A stretch of DNA of 51,799 nt from Candidatus Babelota bacterium (GTDB taxonomy: Bacteria > Babelota > Babeliae > Babelales > Babelaceae), in assembly GCA_003484685.1 (NCBI GenBank), contig DNBB01000031.1, forward strand, positions 7,713 through 59,511, given 5' to 3'. The translations under genes were made by a program, and so were the position numbers. Within the stretch, counting starts at the first letter, position 1; every line of letters begins with the position of its first letter. The notes beneath the pieces are model-generated. The model was not told the origin of the DNA. It worked only from the letters and a program-made list of their open reading frames with translations, and made no database searches. Positions 25,893-35,944 of this stretch are shown here, in pieces.

Positions 25893-27239
25893 CTACAACC
25901 AAAGCCACTGTCCGGCAGAAGATATAAAACCCTGATACTGATATGATGCATAAAGGACCGACTTACCCGACCATGCGGCCTGCAGCCGTGCAGCCCCCAA
26001 CATCATACGCGGTATCGGCGTTCCCACAAACCATCCATCATTGATAAGCGCACATACAAAGTCCTTGTTAGTAAGTGCAATATGCAAAAGGCGCTTGGTA
26101 AAAAACAACTCTGAACACATAAGAGGAATACAACACTGTTTCATAGGGGTCAAAAAAGGATGCGCCGCTCCATCGCCTACACCAAAAGAAGAAACATGCA
26201 CCCCACAAAAAGACAATACCCGCTCAATAAACAAGGGAAACCATTCAGCAAATACAACACGGTGGGATTTATCATAGTAACCATTACACTGCCTTCTCCA
26301 AAAAGCTGCCGCTGCATTCCTCACTAAGTCTTCCCCGTCATCCCTAGAAGGGTATGTTCGATAAACACCCATGAGAATCATACGATTATCAGAACTTAGC
26401 TGCGCAAGCCGTGCTTCTAGAAACTCAGTATTGGCAAGGCGAGGAAAAGTCGTTTCGGGAAAGACCAGCAAACATTTTTCTTTAAATTTTTTCCCACCTA
26501 AACACGTGTCCAAATCTTCTATCAAGGCAAAAGAACTCTTATCAGAAAACGGACAAAAGGGCGGCGCAACAACCCCAACAGCTTTCAGCCAAACAGGGGG
26601 AGGCGCAGGAACGTAACAAACTTCAAAAAAAACACTGGCAACAACCACAACGGCACAGGCATGCCATCGTCTTTGATACAAAAGCTGCACGCAAAATGAT
26701 ACCAATAGACTCATTAAAGCAAGCGCACACAGATCCCCGCAGGCGCCCAAAAGTACGCGAACCAAGCGCAAGTCAATCAAGAATGCCAAAGGATGCAAAA
26801 GATAAATACCTTCCCAATGGCCCAGCGGCCACAGGCTGCAACGAGTCAACCACCATGCCCAAACGGTAAAACAAACCGCAAGAAGAAGATGTCGCCACAG
26901 AGCGCGCCAGCGTGCAACCCAGCAGGACAGCGCTTTAAAAACAAGAAATAGCGCCGCACCATGCGCAGCAAAATATATGGCAGCAAAAAGAGCGCCTGCA
27001 ACCGCTACAAAATGAGCCCCCAAATACCTACACTGCGAGTCTAACGCAACAAAGGCAATCCCACCGAACATGAGCACAAAATAACCAAATACTCCGCGCA
27101 TTGATGCACTATTTGATAAACACCAAAAGACTGTAAGAGTAAACAACCCAAGCGAGAACAACCAACCACCCAGCAAAAATTGAGCCAACCAGACCAAAAC
27201 TGTTAACGCAAACAATTGGTATCCCAGGCTTGACTTCAT
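25893..27239 (-). CDS. lnt: apolipoprotein N-acyltransferase-like (polytopic membrane domain plus CN-hydrolase)
   Basis: A hydrophobic N-terminal half is followed by triad-like motifs: LLVFPETTFP (E), YDKSHRVVFAEWFP (K) and IPLMCSELFF (C). Confidence 0.7.
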   Translation of the reverse strand: MKSSLGYQLFALTVLVWLAQFLLGGWLFSLGLFTLTVFWCLSNSASMRGVFGYFVLMFGGIAFVALDSQCRYLGAHFVAVAGALFAAIYFAAHGAALFLVFKALSCWVARWRALWRHLLLAVCFTVWAWWLTRCSLWPLGHWEGIYLLHPLAFLIDLRLVRVLLGACGDLCALALMSLLVSFCVQLLYQRRWHACAVVVVASVFFEVCYVPAPPPVWLKAVGVVAPPFCPFSDKSSFALIEDLDTCLGGKKFKEKCLLVFPETTFPRLANTEFLEARLAQLSSDNRMILMGVYRTYPSRDDGEDLVRNAAAAFWRRQCNGYYDKSHRVVFAEWFPLFIERVLSFCGVHVSSFGVGDGAAHPFLTPMKQCCIPLMCSELFFTKRLLHIALTNKDFVCALINDGWFVGTPIPRMMLGAARLQAAWSGKSVLYASYQYQGFISSAGQWLWL

Positions 27240-27346
27240 ACGCTGCTCCCTACTCCCTCAAATTATTGTCCCCATGCGGTGACCATGGTACGCTGTCAGT
27301 GAAGAAAAACCAGCATACAAAATCAAAAAACTCAAAGGTTTATCAC

Positions 27347-29278
27347 ATGAAAAAGTACCTTATCATACCATTTATCTGTTTTACAAACTCATTGGTTGCT
27401 TCATTTAATCCACAGATACCTGGTCTAAATCCTTTGCAAACACAAATGCCTTCATTTGAAATGCCTTCACAAAGCCAGGTCCCCATGCCTAGTGCCGATG
27501 ACTTTGCAGCGCTAAACCAATATCTTGAAGAACTTCAACAAAACGATCCAGAACAGCTCAAAGAACTAGAGCGCATGGGAAACGAGCTTATTGCCTCACT
27601 AAGCGATCAGGAACTTGAGGAATTTAGTAGCATGTTTGGCGTAGACCCCCAAGAGCTTCGCAAGGAAGCTGAATCATTCTTAACCCAAGAAAAAGATATC
27701 GCACCGCAAGAACAACCAGAAGAACGTCCGCTAGAACAAATTGAAAGAAAAACAAAAACAAAGCCAGAGGAACAATCCAAGAAAGAACAGAAAGCCACCG
27801 CCAAAGACGCCCAGGCCGCGCAAAACATTCTTCGCTCAATGATAGAAACGCTTAATGACCTGCGCGCCAAAAGCACCGCTTCCCAAGCTATACAAACTCA
27901 CTTGCGAACATGGGATGACGACCTAGTTCTACTTACTTTCTATCTCAACCTTCTTGACAACAAAGAGCATGCTCAACGTCTCCCCGTACACGAGGACGGC
28001 AAGATCATCAACACCCTCTTTAAACTTCACGAAAAAATTCAACCAACAATCAAACTAATCGACCCAGCAATTGAAAAAAAGATACCTAATGAATTTGCCT
28101 TTTTCAATTTTAGTAAAGCACCAACAACCGATGAATTGGCAGCCGCTTATGAAAAAAAACGCGCAGAACATGACCCTAGCAAGATCGAGGCAAAACTAAC
28201 TATAGAAGGCAGGTCTCCTCGCGTCATCAAGCAAGAAATTAAAATTGCACGCATTGCCCAAGCAGCTATCGATGATGAATACGAGCGACTCTCTGATCCA
28301 AAAAATATTGCAGAAATCAAACGGAAAGAAGAAAAAGCTAAAAAAGAAATCCAAGACGCCACCAAAAACCGTAACGCTTTACTTGCCAACGTGACTAAAG
28401 AACTAGGCAACGCGCTTTTTGAAGATCGACTCCTTTCAAAGCTAGAAGAATACCTTAAAGCATACGAACCTGAGCAGCTGAAACGAAAACAAGCGCAAGA
28501 AAAAGCAATTAAAGCACAAGAACAAGAACAGGCAAAACGAAGCAAAAAAGCACCTGAAAAAACAGCCAGTAGCAAAATGGAGCCGACCATTTCTTATGGA
28601 CGCATTCCTCGCCCTCGAAGCGGCGGCAGAGGCAGCGCGTATTCCGGCGGACGCACCTCCTCTGGTGGCGCACCATCGAGCTCCTACTCAGATTACCAAA
28701 CACCACCAAAAACTAGTTCATCTGGTTCAGGAGGCGGGGGCAACTCATATAGCGGCGGTAGCAGTAAGAGCAGCGGAAACGAGGGAGGCGCCGAAGCCGG
28801 CCAGAGTGGAATTCGTAGCACACCGACATCGTTAGCCGATACAGCACGCGCAGAAAGTGAAAAGTTTGTAAAAAAAGATCTCAAATCTTCAATGCAAGAA
28901 TTCACCCAAAACTATGATAAACTCAGCAGCCTTTTAACTAATGCAACGGCGAACTTAACCGACGCCACACCCGCAAACGAACGCGCTAACAAGCTAAAAG
29001 CATTCACCCAACAAGAGCAATTCCCAGATCTACTTACTGCATCCGACAGACTAATCCGAGAGACAGAACGATTGGTCGCTCTGGTTAAAAAAGATAAAAA
29101 GCTTGAGCCTGAATTTAAAAAATTCTTCCCAAACCTGCGCAGTATCGAATCAAAAATCAAGCTTTTCACCGCAGAAGACAAAACCAAAAACAATGCCATC
29201 ATCAAAAAGATCGATAAAAACTTCAAAAAATTAAAAGAACTGCTTCAGCCTTACCAGACCAGAGCAGAAGAAGCATAG
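27347..29278 (+). CDS. exported coiled-coil protein with a J-domain-like segment and a Gly/Ser/Tyr-rich low-complexity region
   Basis: The signal peptide MKKYLIIPFICFTNSLVASF starts at ATG 27347, so the track start at 27230 is rejected. See the findings for the J-like segment. Confidence 0.7.
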   Translation: MKKYLIIPFICFTNSLVASFNPQIPGLNPLQTQMPSFEMPSQSQVPMPSADDFAALNQYLEELQQNDPEQLKELERMGNELIASLSDQELEEFSSMFGVDPQELRKEAESFLTQEKDIAPQEQPEERPLEQIERKTKTKPEEQSKKEQKATAKDAQAAQNILRSMIETLNDLRAKSTASQAIQTHLRTWDDDLVLLTFYLNLLDNKEHAQRLPVHEDGKIINTLFKLHEKIQPTIKLIDPAIEKKIPNEFAFFNFSKAPTTDELAAAYEKKRAEHDPSKIEAKLTIEGRSPRVIKQEIKIARIAQAAIDDEYERLSDPKNIAEIKRKEEKAKKEIQDATKNRNALLANVTKELGNALFEDRLLSKLEEYLKAYEPEQLKRKQAQEKAIKAQEQEQAKRSKKAPEKTASSKMEPTISYGRIPRPRSGGRGSAYSGGRTSSGGAPSSSYSDYQTPPKTSSSGSGGGGNSYSGGSSKSSGNEGGAEAGQSGIRSTPTSLADTARAESEKFVKKDLKSSMQEFTQNYDKLSSLLTNATANLTDATPANERANKLKAFTQQEQFPDLLTASDRLIRETERLVALVKKDKKLEPEFKKFFPNLRSIESKIKLFTAEDKTKNNAIIKKIDKNFKKLKELLQPYQTRAEEA

Positions 29279-29285
29279 AAATAAG

Positions 29286-29319
29286 AAGAGGGCGGAAAGA
29301 ATACTCTTTCCGCCCTCTT
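29286..29319. terminator. bidirectional hairpin terminator between convergent genes
   Basis: aagagggcggaaag aatact ctttccgccctctt has perfect 14-bp arms flanked by A-rich and T-rich runs. Confidence 0.8.
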
Positions 29320-29331
29320 TACAAAAATTAC

Positions 29332-32103
29332 CTATACCAAAGGACTGCAACGAGAGCAGACGCCTTGCTCAGCCAACGCTGCTACCCATTGCCAGCAACG
29401 AGGACATTTAACCCCATTAGCATGCTCAACAGCAACTTGTGGCGCATTTTCTGCAAGCGGTTGTATCACGACGCGCGAAGCAACAAAAAGTTCTTGTAAA
29501 AATCCTGTACGATCAAACCCTTCTGCCTTCAATATACCAATATCATCGACCAGGCGATCGCTTAGCACCAACGCTACTTCAAGCGGATGCTTAATTACCC
29601 CCTGAGCACGCTGCTCTTCAATTACTTTCAAGGCAAGCGAGCGCAACTCACGAATTACATTCCAGTCTTTTTCGTACTGCTTGAGATCTTTTTTTGCAAA
29701 AAATGAACGCAAATCGGCAAGATCCGCAAACGGTTGCAAATGAATTGATGTATGCCCCGCACCCTGGTAAAAATCTGTAACTTGTTCTGCCATCAAAGAA
29801 AAAATAGGCGCAATAAGACGCGTTATTGTATCGAGGATATACCACAAAACCGTCTGCGCTGAACGCCGCTTGAGACCAGCTCCCGCGTCACAATACAAAC
29901 GATCTTTAACAATATCCCCATAAAAAGCACTTACTTCAACCGAACAGAATTCAGCAACCAGACGAAATACCTCAGTCAAATCAAAACGCTTATACGCTGC
30001 CTGAACCGAATCTGAAAACTGCAGGAGACGGTACAAAGCATATTGATCCAGTAGCAAAAGCTCGTCTAATGACAAGGCATCCTGGTTGTGTGTGTAATCA
30101 TATAAATTTTGAAGCAAAAAGCGCGTAGTATTGCGCACCTTACGGTAAACAGCGACAACATTCTGAATCAGCGCTTTAGATAGAACAGCATCCCCTTCAT
30201 TACCAATACTGGCAACCCAAAGCCGCAGTCCATCGGTGCCAACCTGTTCAATTAATTCATCAGGTGTTACCACATTGCCAAGCGATTTGGACATTTTACG
30301 CCCCTGCTCATCAACAGTAAAACCATGAGTCATAATCCGGCGCATCGGCGCTTTTTGATTAAGTATCATACTAGTCAGGAGCGAGCTCTGAAACCACCCA
30401 CGGTGCTGGTCAATACCTTCGAGGTAGAGATCTGCCGGTACACCACGCAACTCAGGCCGTTGATTAAGTACCGCAAAGTGGCTTACGCCCGAATCAAACC
30501 AAACATCAAGAATATCCTGTTCCTTACGATAGTCATCAAGTGCAACCTCTGCCGGCACAACACCAGCCCTCTGTAATTCTTCCAAAGTAACCGCATCCCA
30601 GTACTCAACACCATATTGCGCAACCTGATCGGCAACATAATCAATCAACCCAGGAAGTACCTGGTAAGAAACATTATCCGTATGGATAAGTGCTGGAATA
30701 GGAACACCCCATTTACGCTGACGAGAAAGACACCATTCCCAACGATTTTCTATGGTAGAACGCAAGAATGTACGTCCCTGTTCCGGGAAAAAGGCAATGT
30801 CTTCAACCGCAGCAACTGCCTTGTCTTTAATCTGATCATGCTGCAAGTTGCAAAACCATTGTGGGGTTGCCCGAAAAATCAAAGCATTATGGCAGCGCCA
30901 GCAGTGAGGATAGCTGTGCCGAATCGATCCAGAAGCAAGCAAATATCCAAGCTCTTTAAGGCGTTTAAGAACCCAAATCTGACCATCTGCGACAGAAACT
31001 CCCTGTAACTCCAATGGGTCTATGTCAGCATCATACCGTCCGTCTGAAGTAATAGGCGAGTAAATCGGAAGGGCGTTTTTAATCCCAACCTCATAGTCAA
31101 TTGGGCCGCAACCTGGCGCGCAGTGAACGCAGGCAGTTCCCTCATCCAGGCCAACATTAATATCTTCAATCACAGGAACCAAGCGATTTACCAATGGATG
31201 GCGGACCACTAAGTCACGTAGCATTGGGGTAGTTAACTCTTCCTCAACAACATATTCCTGTATACCAACTGCTTCCATGACAGCCTTATAACGATCCTTG
31301 CCAAGAATATAAGAAGCCTCTCCAGCTTTAACGCGCACGTATAGCGCTCCTGGGCGAACCATAACCGCTTGGTTAAGTGGTATGGTCCACGGCGTGGTAG
31401 TCCAGATAACTAGGTAGGTTGCATCTCGTTCTTGGACAGGAAATAGTATATAAACTGAAGGGTCTTTGCGCTCTGCATATTCGATCTCGGCAGTAGCAAG
31501 CGCTGTTGCACAATGCGGACACCAAGGAATTGTTTTATTTTTACGCTCAACAAAACCTTGTCGAACCAACGAAGCAAAAGCCCGCAAAATAGAAGCTTCA
31601 TATGAGGGATCCATAGTAATATATGGGTGTTGCCAGTCCATTAATACGCCAAGTTTTTTAAACTCTTCACGCTGCGTATTTACCCAACGATGCGCATATT
31701 CACGGCATGCTTGTTTGAGTGCGGGACCTTGCAAACCCGCATATTCCTGCGAAACCTTTTGTTCAATTGGCAACCCATGGCAATCCCAACCCGGCACCAC
31801 CGGCACATGAAACCCCATCATACGGTAGGCTTTGGTAATAATATCTTTGAGCACTTTATTGTAAGCATGGCCCAAATGGATATGCCCATTAGCATATGGT
31901 GGTCCATCGTGCAAAACAAAAAGTTCATGCCCTTTATTGCACGACATCGCCTGAGTCGCAAGATCTTCTTTTTCCCATCGTTGCAACATAATAGGATCAT
32001 TAATTTTCGCATCGGCACGCAATGAAAAATCAGTACGCGGCAAATTGAGCGTATCTTTAAAATCTTTTTCAGGAACCTCTGCAGATGTCACAACGTCAGA
32101 CAT
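29332..32103 (-). CDS. ileS: isoleucine--tRNA ligase
   Basis: HIGH (PYANGHIHLGHA), KMSKS and a C-terminal CPRCWQW..CSRCS zinc knuckle; 923 aa. SD aaggagtgagg. Confidence 0.96.
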   Translation of the reverse strand: MSDVVTSAEVPEKDFKDTLNLPRTDFSLRADAKINDPIMLQRWEKEDLATQAMSCNKGHELFVLHDGPPYANGHIHLGHAYNKVLKDIITKAYRMMGFHVPVVPGWDCHGLPIEQKVSQEYAGLQGPALKQACREYAHRWVNTQREEFKKLGVLMDWQHPYITMDPSYEASILRAFASLVRQGFVERKNKTIPWCPHCATALATAEIEYAERKDPSVYILFPVQERDATYLVIWTTTPWTIPLNQAVMVRPGALYVRVKAGEASYILGKDRYKAVMEAVGIQEYVVEEELTTPMLRDLVVRHPLVNRLVPVIEDINVGLDEGTACVHCAPGCGPIDYEVGIKNALPIYSPITSDGRYDADIDPLELQGVSVADGQIWVLKRLKELGYLLASGSIRHSYPHCWRCHNALIFRATPQWFCNLQHDQIKDKAVAAVEDIAFFPEQGRTFLRSTIENRWEWCLSRQRKWGVPIPALIHTDNVSYQVLPGLIDYVADQVAQYGVEYWDAVTLEELQRAGVVPAEVALDDYRKEQDILDVWFDSGVSHFAVLNQRPELRGVPADLYLEGIDQHRGWFQSSLLTSMILNQKAPMRRIMTHGFTVDEQGRKMSKSLGNVVTPDELIEQVGTDGLRLWVASIGNEGDAVLSKALIQNVVAVYRKVRNTTRFLLQNLYDYTHNQDALSLDELLLLDQYALYRLLQFSDSVQAAYKRFDLTEVFRLVAEFCSVEVSAFYGDIVKDRLYCDAGAGLKRRSAQTVLWYILDTITRLIAPIFSLMAEQVTDFYQGAGHTSIHLQPFADLADLRSFFAKKDLKQYEKDWNVIRELRSLALKVIEEQRAQGVIKHPLEVALVLSDRLVDDIGILKAEGFDRTGFLQELFVASRVVIQPLAENAPQVAVEHANGVKCPRCWQWVAALAEQGVCSRCSPLV

Positions 32104-32232
32104 ACCTCACTCCTTGCAATAACATGACTAAGGGCCAACGCTCTTAGTTACGCATATTGAATACTTTTATGGCCTTCAAAAAAACGATATACTTACCAAA
32201 AATATGATCACTATCTTGGTGTATTACCTTAT

Positions 32233-33576
32233 ATGGTTACTCTATCACGAAGTTCCCTGAACTCAAAAAAAATAGGCATCTGGGGCCTTGGCGTCTCAGG
32301 ACAAAAGCTTCTTAATTTTCTTGCCCCGCGCACCGAATCGATCGCAATTCTAGAAAAGCCCAACATTTTTGTCTCTCATGCTCCGATACTCGCTCAATAT
32401 TCACATCAATGCTTTAAAGATCCTGATGAACGCAGCCAATTTTTCAACGCATGCGACATAATTATTCCAAGCCCAGGTATTGCAGTTGACGCTTCGCTCT
32501 TACAGACTGGAAAAGTGCACTCTGAGCTCGATCTTTTTGCCCTGTTCAACCAAAAAACAACCATCGCTATAACTGGCTCTCTCGGTAAAACATCGATAAC
32601 AACACTACTTGCGCGCCTACTCGATGAACCTGAATATATAGCAATCACCGGGGGTAACATTGGCAACGGTATTATTGAAAGCATACAATCACCGGCCAAC
32701 TGTCTTGTGCTTGAGCTCTCAAGCTTTCAATTAGAATATACACAGCAATTTTTTCCTGATATCGCCATTATTACCAATATTTATGAAAACCACCTCGACC
32801 GCCATAAAACGCTCGAAAACTATATTCAGGCCAAACTCAATATCATCAGAAACCAAAAAGCTGGCCAATATGCTATCATACCTGCAACGCTTGCTGAGCA
32901 ATACGATTTTATAATGCCCACCAAAGGAACCCTTGTTTTGTGCGGCAAAACTAAACTTGATACTCCTGATGCCATGGTACAGATTTGCACTGAAGCAGAT
33001 GGTTCAATCATTTTACGCCAACACGGCAAATCCCGCACGCTGCTGCCTGCTTGTCAGGTTTCTCAAATCTCTTTCCCTCAAAACTGGGTCATAATCGCTG
33101 CAGCACTCCATTGTCTTAACAAAGTAGATTGCATTACCCAAGGGGGCCTACAACTTCCCGAACACCGCATGGAAGACCTTGGTGAATATAATGGTATCCG
33201 GTATATCAACGACTCAAAATCAACCGTCATGCAAGCAACACTTGCGGCCCTACAGCGATATTCACCAAAATCGACAATTGTATTATTGGGAGGACTGAGT
33301 AAGGGAGTAGATCGAACTCAATTAATACCGTTACTTGCAGGAGTTGCGCATGTTGCCTGCTTTGGGCATGAAGCGCCCCTTCTTTTGGCTGCCTGCCAAA
33401 CGCATGGCATATCTTCAAGTCAGCACGACACGCTAGACGCAGCGTTGGCACATGCCCAATCGCATGCTCAAATTGGAGCAACCATCCTATTTTCACCTGG
33501 AGGTTCAAGTTACGACCTATTTGAAAGTTATCAAGCACGCGGCGCCTACTTTAAGCAGCTTGTTTTATCGCGCTAG
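32233..33576 (+). CDS. murD: UDP-N-acetylmuramoylalanine--D-glutamate ligase
   Basis: IGIWGLGVSG, ITGSLGKTS and the Mur ligase length of 447 aa. Confidence 0.88.
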   Translation: MVTLSRSSLNSKKIGIWGLGVSGQKLLNFLAPRTESIAILEKPNIFVSHAPILAQYSHQCFKDPDERSQFFNACDIIIPSPGIAVDASLLQTGKVHSELDLFALFNQKTTIAITGSLGKTSITTLLARLLDEPEYIAITGGNIGNGIIESIQSPANCLVLELSSFQLEYTQQFFPDIAIITNIYENHLDRHKTLENYIQAKLNIIRNQKAGQYAIIPATLAEQYDFIMPTKGTLVLCGKTKLDTPDAMVQICTEADGSIILRQHGKSRTLLPACQVSQISFPQNWVIIAAALHCLNKVDCITQGGLQLPEHRMEDLGEYNGIRYINDSKSTVMQATLAALQRYSPKSTIVLLGGLSKGVDRTQLIPLLAGVAHVACFGHEAPLLLAACQTHGISSSQHDTLDAALAHAQSHAQIGATILFSPGGSSYDLFESYQARGAYFKQLVLSR

Positions 33577-33647
33577 AGCAGCTTTACTTTGCACGATTTT
33601 TTACTAGGCTACTGAAGGCACCCCCATTCTTTGCACCAAGGAGCACG

Positions 33648-34751
33648 ATGACCCAGCGCTCTTCACTCCGAATAACCCTCATCAGCATAATCATTTCACT
33701 TGTCATTATTGGATTAGTTTTTATCTACTCTTCCAGCTCATTTTATGCAACCCAGCTTTACGGCGATGGTGCCTTTTTTGTCAAAAAACAATTAGTAGGA
33801 ATTTTGCTATCTGCGCTCATTGTCTATGCGCTTGCCATGCTCCCCCTAGACATCATCCGTCGTGCAGCGCCATTACTGTTTGTTACAAGCCTAATCATTA
33901 CATATGCCACACTTATTCCAGGAATTGGATGCACCATCAATGGTTCGCGGCGCTGGCTTTTGATTGGAGGATTTTCTCTACAACCAAGCGAAATACTTAA
34001 AGCATCATTTATCCTGTACCTCGCTTCGTATTTAGAGCGCAAACAAGTAACCCCCGTAAAGTCCCACAAAATCCTTGCACCAATCCTTTTTTTAATGGGA
34101 ATCTGTTGCTTTGCTCTGCTAAAGCAGCCAGATTTTGGCCAGGCAGTAACGCTTTCTTTTACTGCGCTTGCCCTATTTTTCGTTGCAGGTGGAAACATAC
34201 AATATCTTCTTATGCTCGCCGGATTAGGCATAGCAGGCGGTATTGCGCTCATTGTTGCCAAACCATACCGATTTAGACGAGTATTAATATTTATCAACCC
34301 ATGGAAAGACCCACAAGGCGCAGGATTTCAAATCATACAATCCCTCATAGCCATAGGATCTGGCAAATGGTGGGGCACAGGAATTGCACAATCAAAACAA
34401 AAGTTCTTTTACCTACCTATGCAACATACCGACTTTATCTTTTCGGTAATTGCCGAAGAAACAGGTTTTTGTGGAATAGCTTTTCTCATTTGCCTCTTTA
34501 TTGCGCTCCTGTTTACTGGAACCAAACTCGCACGCGCTATGACAACAACATTTGGCACCATGACCTGCCTTGGATTCACCTTTCTCGTTATATTCCAAAC
34601 GATTATCAATATTTTTGTATCTTCTGGTCTTGCTCCAACAAAAGGAATTGGACTACCTTTTATCAGCTATGGGGGCTCTTCGCTCATTGGATTAGCATTG
34701 CTTCTCGGCGTCGTTATCAACGCCTCACTTGAAGAGCATGCACACGAATAA
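33648..34751 (+). CDS. ftsW: SEDS-family peptidoglycan glycosyltransferase FtsW/RodA
   Basis: 367 aa and polytopic, with LQPSEILK and PMQHTDFIFSVIAEE motifs. SD aaggag. Confidence 0.85.
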   Translation: MTQRSSLRITLISIIISLVIIGLVFIYSSSSFYATQLYGDGAFFVKKQLVGILLSALIVYALAMLPLDIIRRAAPLLFVTSLIITYATLIPGIGCTINGSRRWLLIGGFSLQPSEILKASFILYLASYLERKQVTPVKSHKILAPILFLMGICCFALLKQPDFGQAVTLSFTALALFFVAGGNIQYLLMLAGLGIAGGIALIVAKPYRFRRVLIFINPWKDPQGAGFQIIQSLIAIGSGKWWGTGIAQSKQKFFYLPMQHTDFIFSVIAEETGFCGIAFLICLFIALLFTGTKLARAMTTTFGTMTCLGFTFLVIFQTIINIFVSSGLAPTKGIGLPFISYGGSSLIGLALLLGVVINASLEEHAHE

Positions 34752-34827
34752 AAAACACATTGCATTCTGCTGCAAAAGTAGTAGGATACTCAAAACTTTG
34801 TGCAGCGGTGCATACAAGGAATGCTGA

Positions 34828-35766
34828 ATGGCGAGTACAATCGCAATTATTGGGACAGGGCGAGTTGGAACAACAACCGCCTACACGTTAATTCTACAAA
34901 ACCTCGCTACCCACATCATCTTGTTAGATGCTGACAAAAAACGCTGTACTGGCGAAAGTATAGACTTGTCAGATTCACTAGCATTCTCCCGATGTACATC
35001 CGTTTCGTGCGGATGTTATCAAGATCTTTCCAAAGCAGACATCATTATTATAGCCGCAGGCCAAGCACAAAAAGATGCAAGTCAAACACGTAATGAGCTT
35101 GCGCGCAACAACAAAAAAATTATAGCATCCATCTGCGCGCAGTTTCCCCCCCTGCAGAAGCATTGTTCTATAATCATCGTTACCAATCCGGTTGACCTTA
35201 TGACGCGCGTTGCCCAAACACAACTTCCGCATCATCCGCGACCACAAATTTTTGGCACCGGCACTTGGCTCGATACGCAACGCCTAAGACGGATTATCTC
35301 AGATAAAACATCAGTTGCCCCCGAATCAGTACAAGCTTTTGTTATTGGTGAGCATGGGGATCATCAAATTGTTGCATGGAAACACGCCAATATCGGTGGA
35401 ATCCCTGTTAAAGAATGGGATATTTTCCCAGCAGAACAAGAAAAAATTGCCGAAAAAACCCGCACGACAGTGTACGAAATCATCGAAAAAAAACAGGCAA
35501 CATTTTTCGGTATCGCCTCGTGTCTTGGAGATATCTGTAGCGCCATCATTTTCGACGAAAAACGAATACTACCGCTATCCTGGTCGCCAAGTCCCACAAT
35601 ACCCCCCCTAAGCCAACCCGTAATCCTGGGAAGACGTGGCATACAACAACAACTCACCATCCCATTAGAAGCTATTGAACAAAAACGCCTGCATGAAAGC
35701 ATAAAACAACTTGATAGCGCATGGAAAGATCTTGTATCAGAAACAAATGGGCATTCGCTCATATGA
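34828..35766 (+). CDS. ldh: L-lactate dehydrogenase (LDH/MDH superfamily)
   Basis: IGTGRVG, IVTNPVD, LDTQRLRR and GEHGD. A Gln in the AAGQAQK substrate loop favours LDH over MDH. Confidence 0.8.
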   Translation: MASTIAIIGTGRVGTTTAYTLILQNLATHIILLDADKKRCTGESIDLSDSLAFSRCTSVSCGCYQDLSKADIIIIAAGQAQKDASQTRNELARNNKKIIASICAQFPPLQKHCSIIIVTNPVDLMTRVAQTQLPHHPRPQIFGTGTWLDTQRLRRIISDKTSVAPESVQAFVIGEHGDHQIVAWKHANIGGIPVKEWDIFPAEQEKIAEKTRTTVYEIIEKKQATFFGIASCLGDICSAIIFDEKRILPLSWSPSPTIPPLSQPVILGRRGIQQQLTIPLEAIEQKRLHESIKQLDSAWKDLVSETNGHSLI

Positions 35767-35803
35767 AGGCAATTGTTGTCCCCTCACAAACAAAGGAGAA
35801 GGT

Positions 35804-35887
35804 ATGGAAACAAACATGATGATTATGCTCGGCGTAGGCGCAGTTATACTTCTAGCAATTATCTACTACGCATTCTTCAGCAAGTAA
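35804..35887 (+). CDS. 27-aa hydrophobic membrane peptide, not in the ORF track
   Basis: aaaggagaagg precedes ATG 35804. The translation is METNMMIMLGVGAVILLAIIYYAFFSK*. A strong terminator follows directly. Confidence 0.5.
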   Translation: METNMMIMLGVGAVILLAIIYYAFFSK

Positions 35888-35894
35888 TCGCATA

Positions 35895-35932
35895 AAAAGC
35901 GGGGGCAAGAATTTATTCTTGCCCCCGCTTTT
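35895..35932. terminator. bidirectional hairpin terminator
   Basis: aaaagcgggggcaagaat tt attcttgcccccgctttt has 18-nt perfect arms and lies between convergent genes. Confidence 0.85.
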
Positions 35933-35944
35933 GTTTTCAAATCT

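Noticed and set aside
27230-27346. The upstream 39 codons of the 682-aa track ORF. The same issue applies to 5769-5837 for rpmI and 37594-37692 for the secreted ORFan.
   Set aside because: The extensions overlap neighbouring genes or promoters. Internal ATGs give canonical N-termini, either a signal peptide or the L35 start, with better SD placement.
32104-32232. A T-box or other riboswitch leader upstream of ileS; I also checked proS and pheS.
   Set aside because: The leaders are only about 90-130 nt and are shared with divergent promoters. I could not recognise any T-box specifier or antiterminator architecture.
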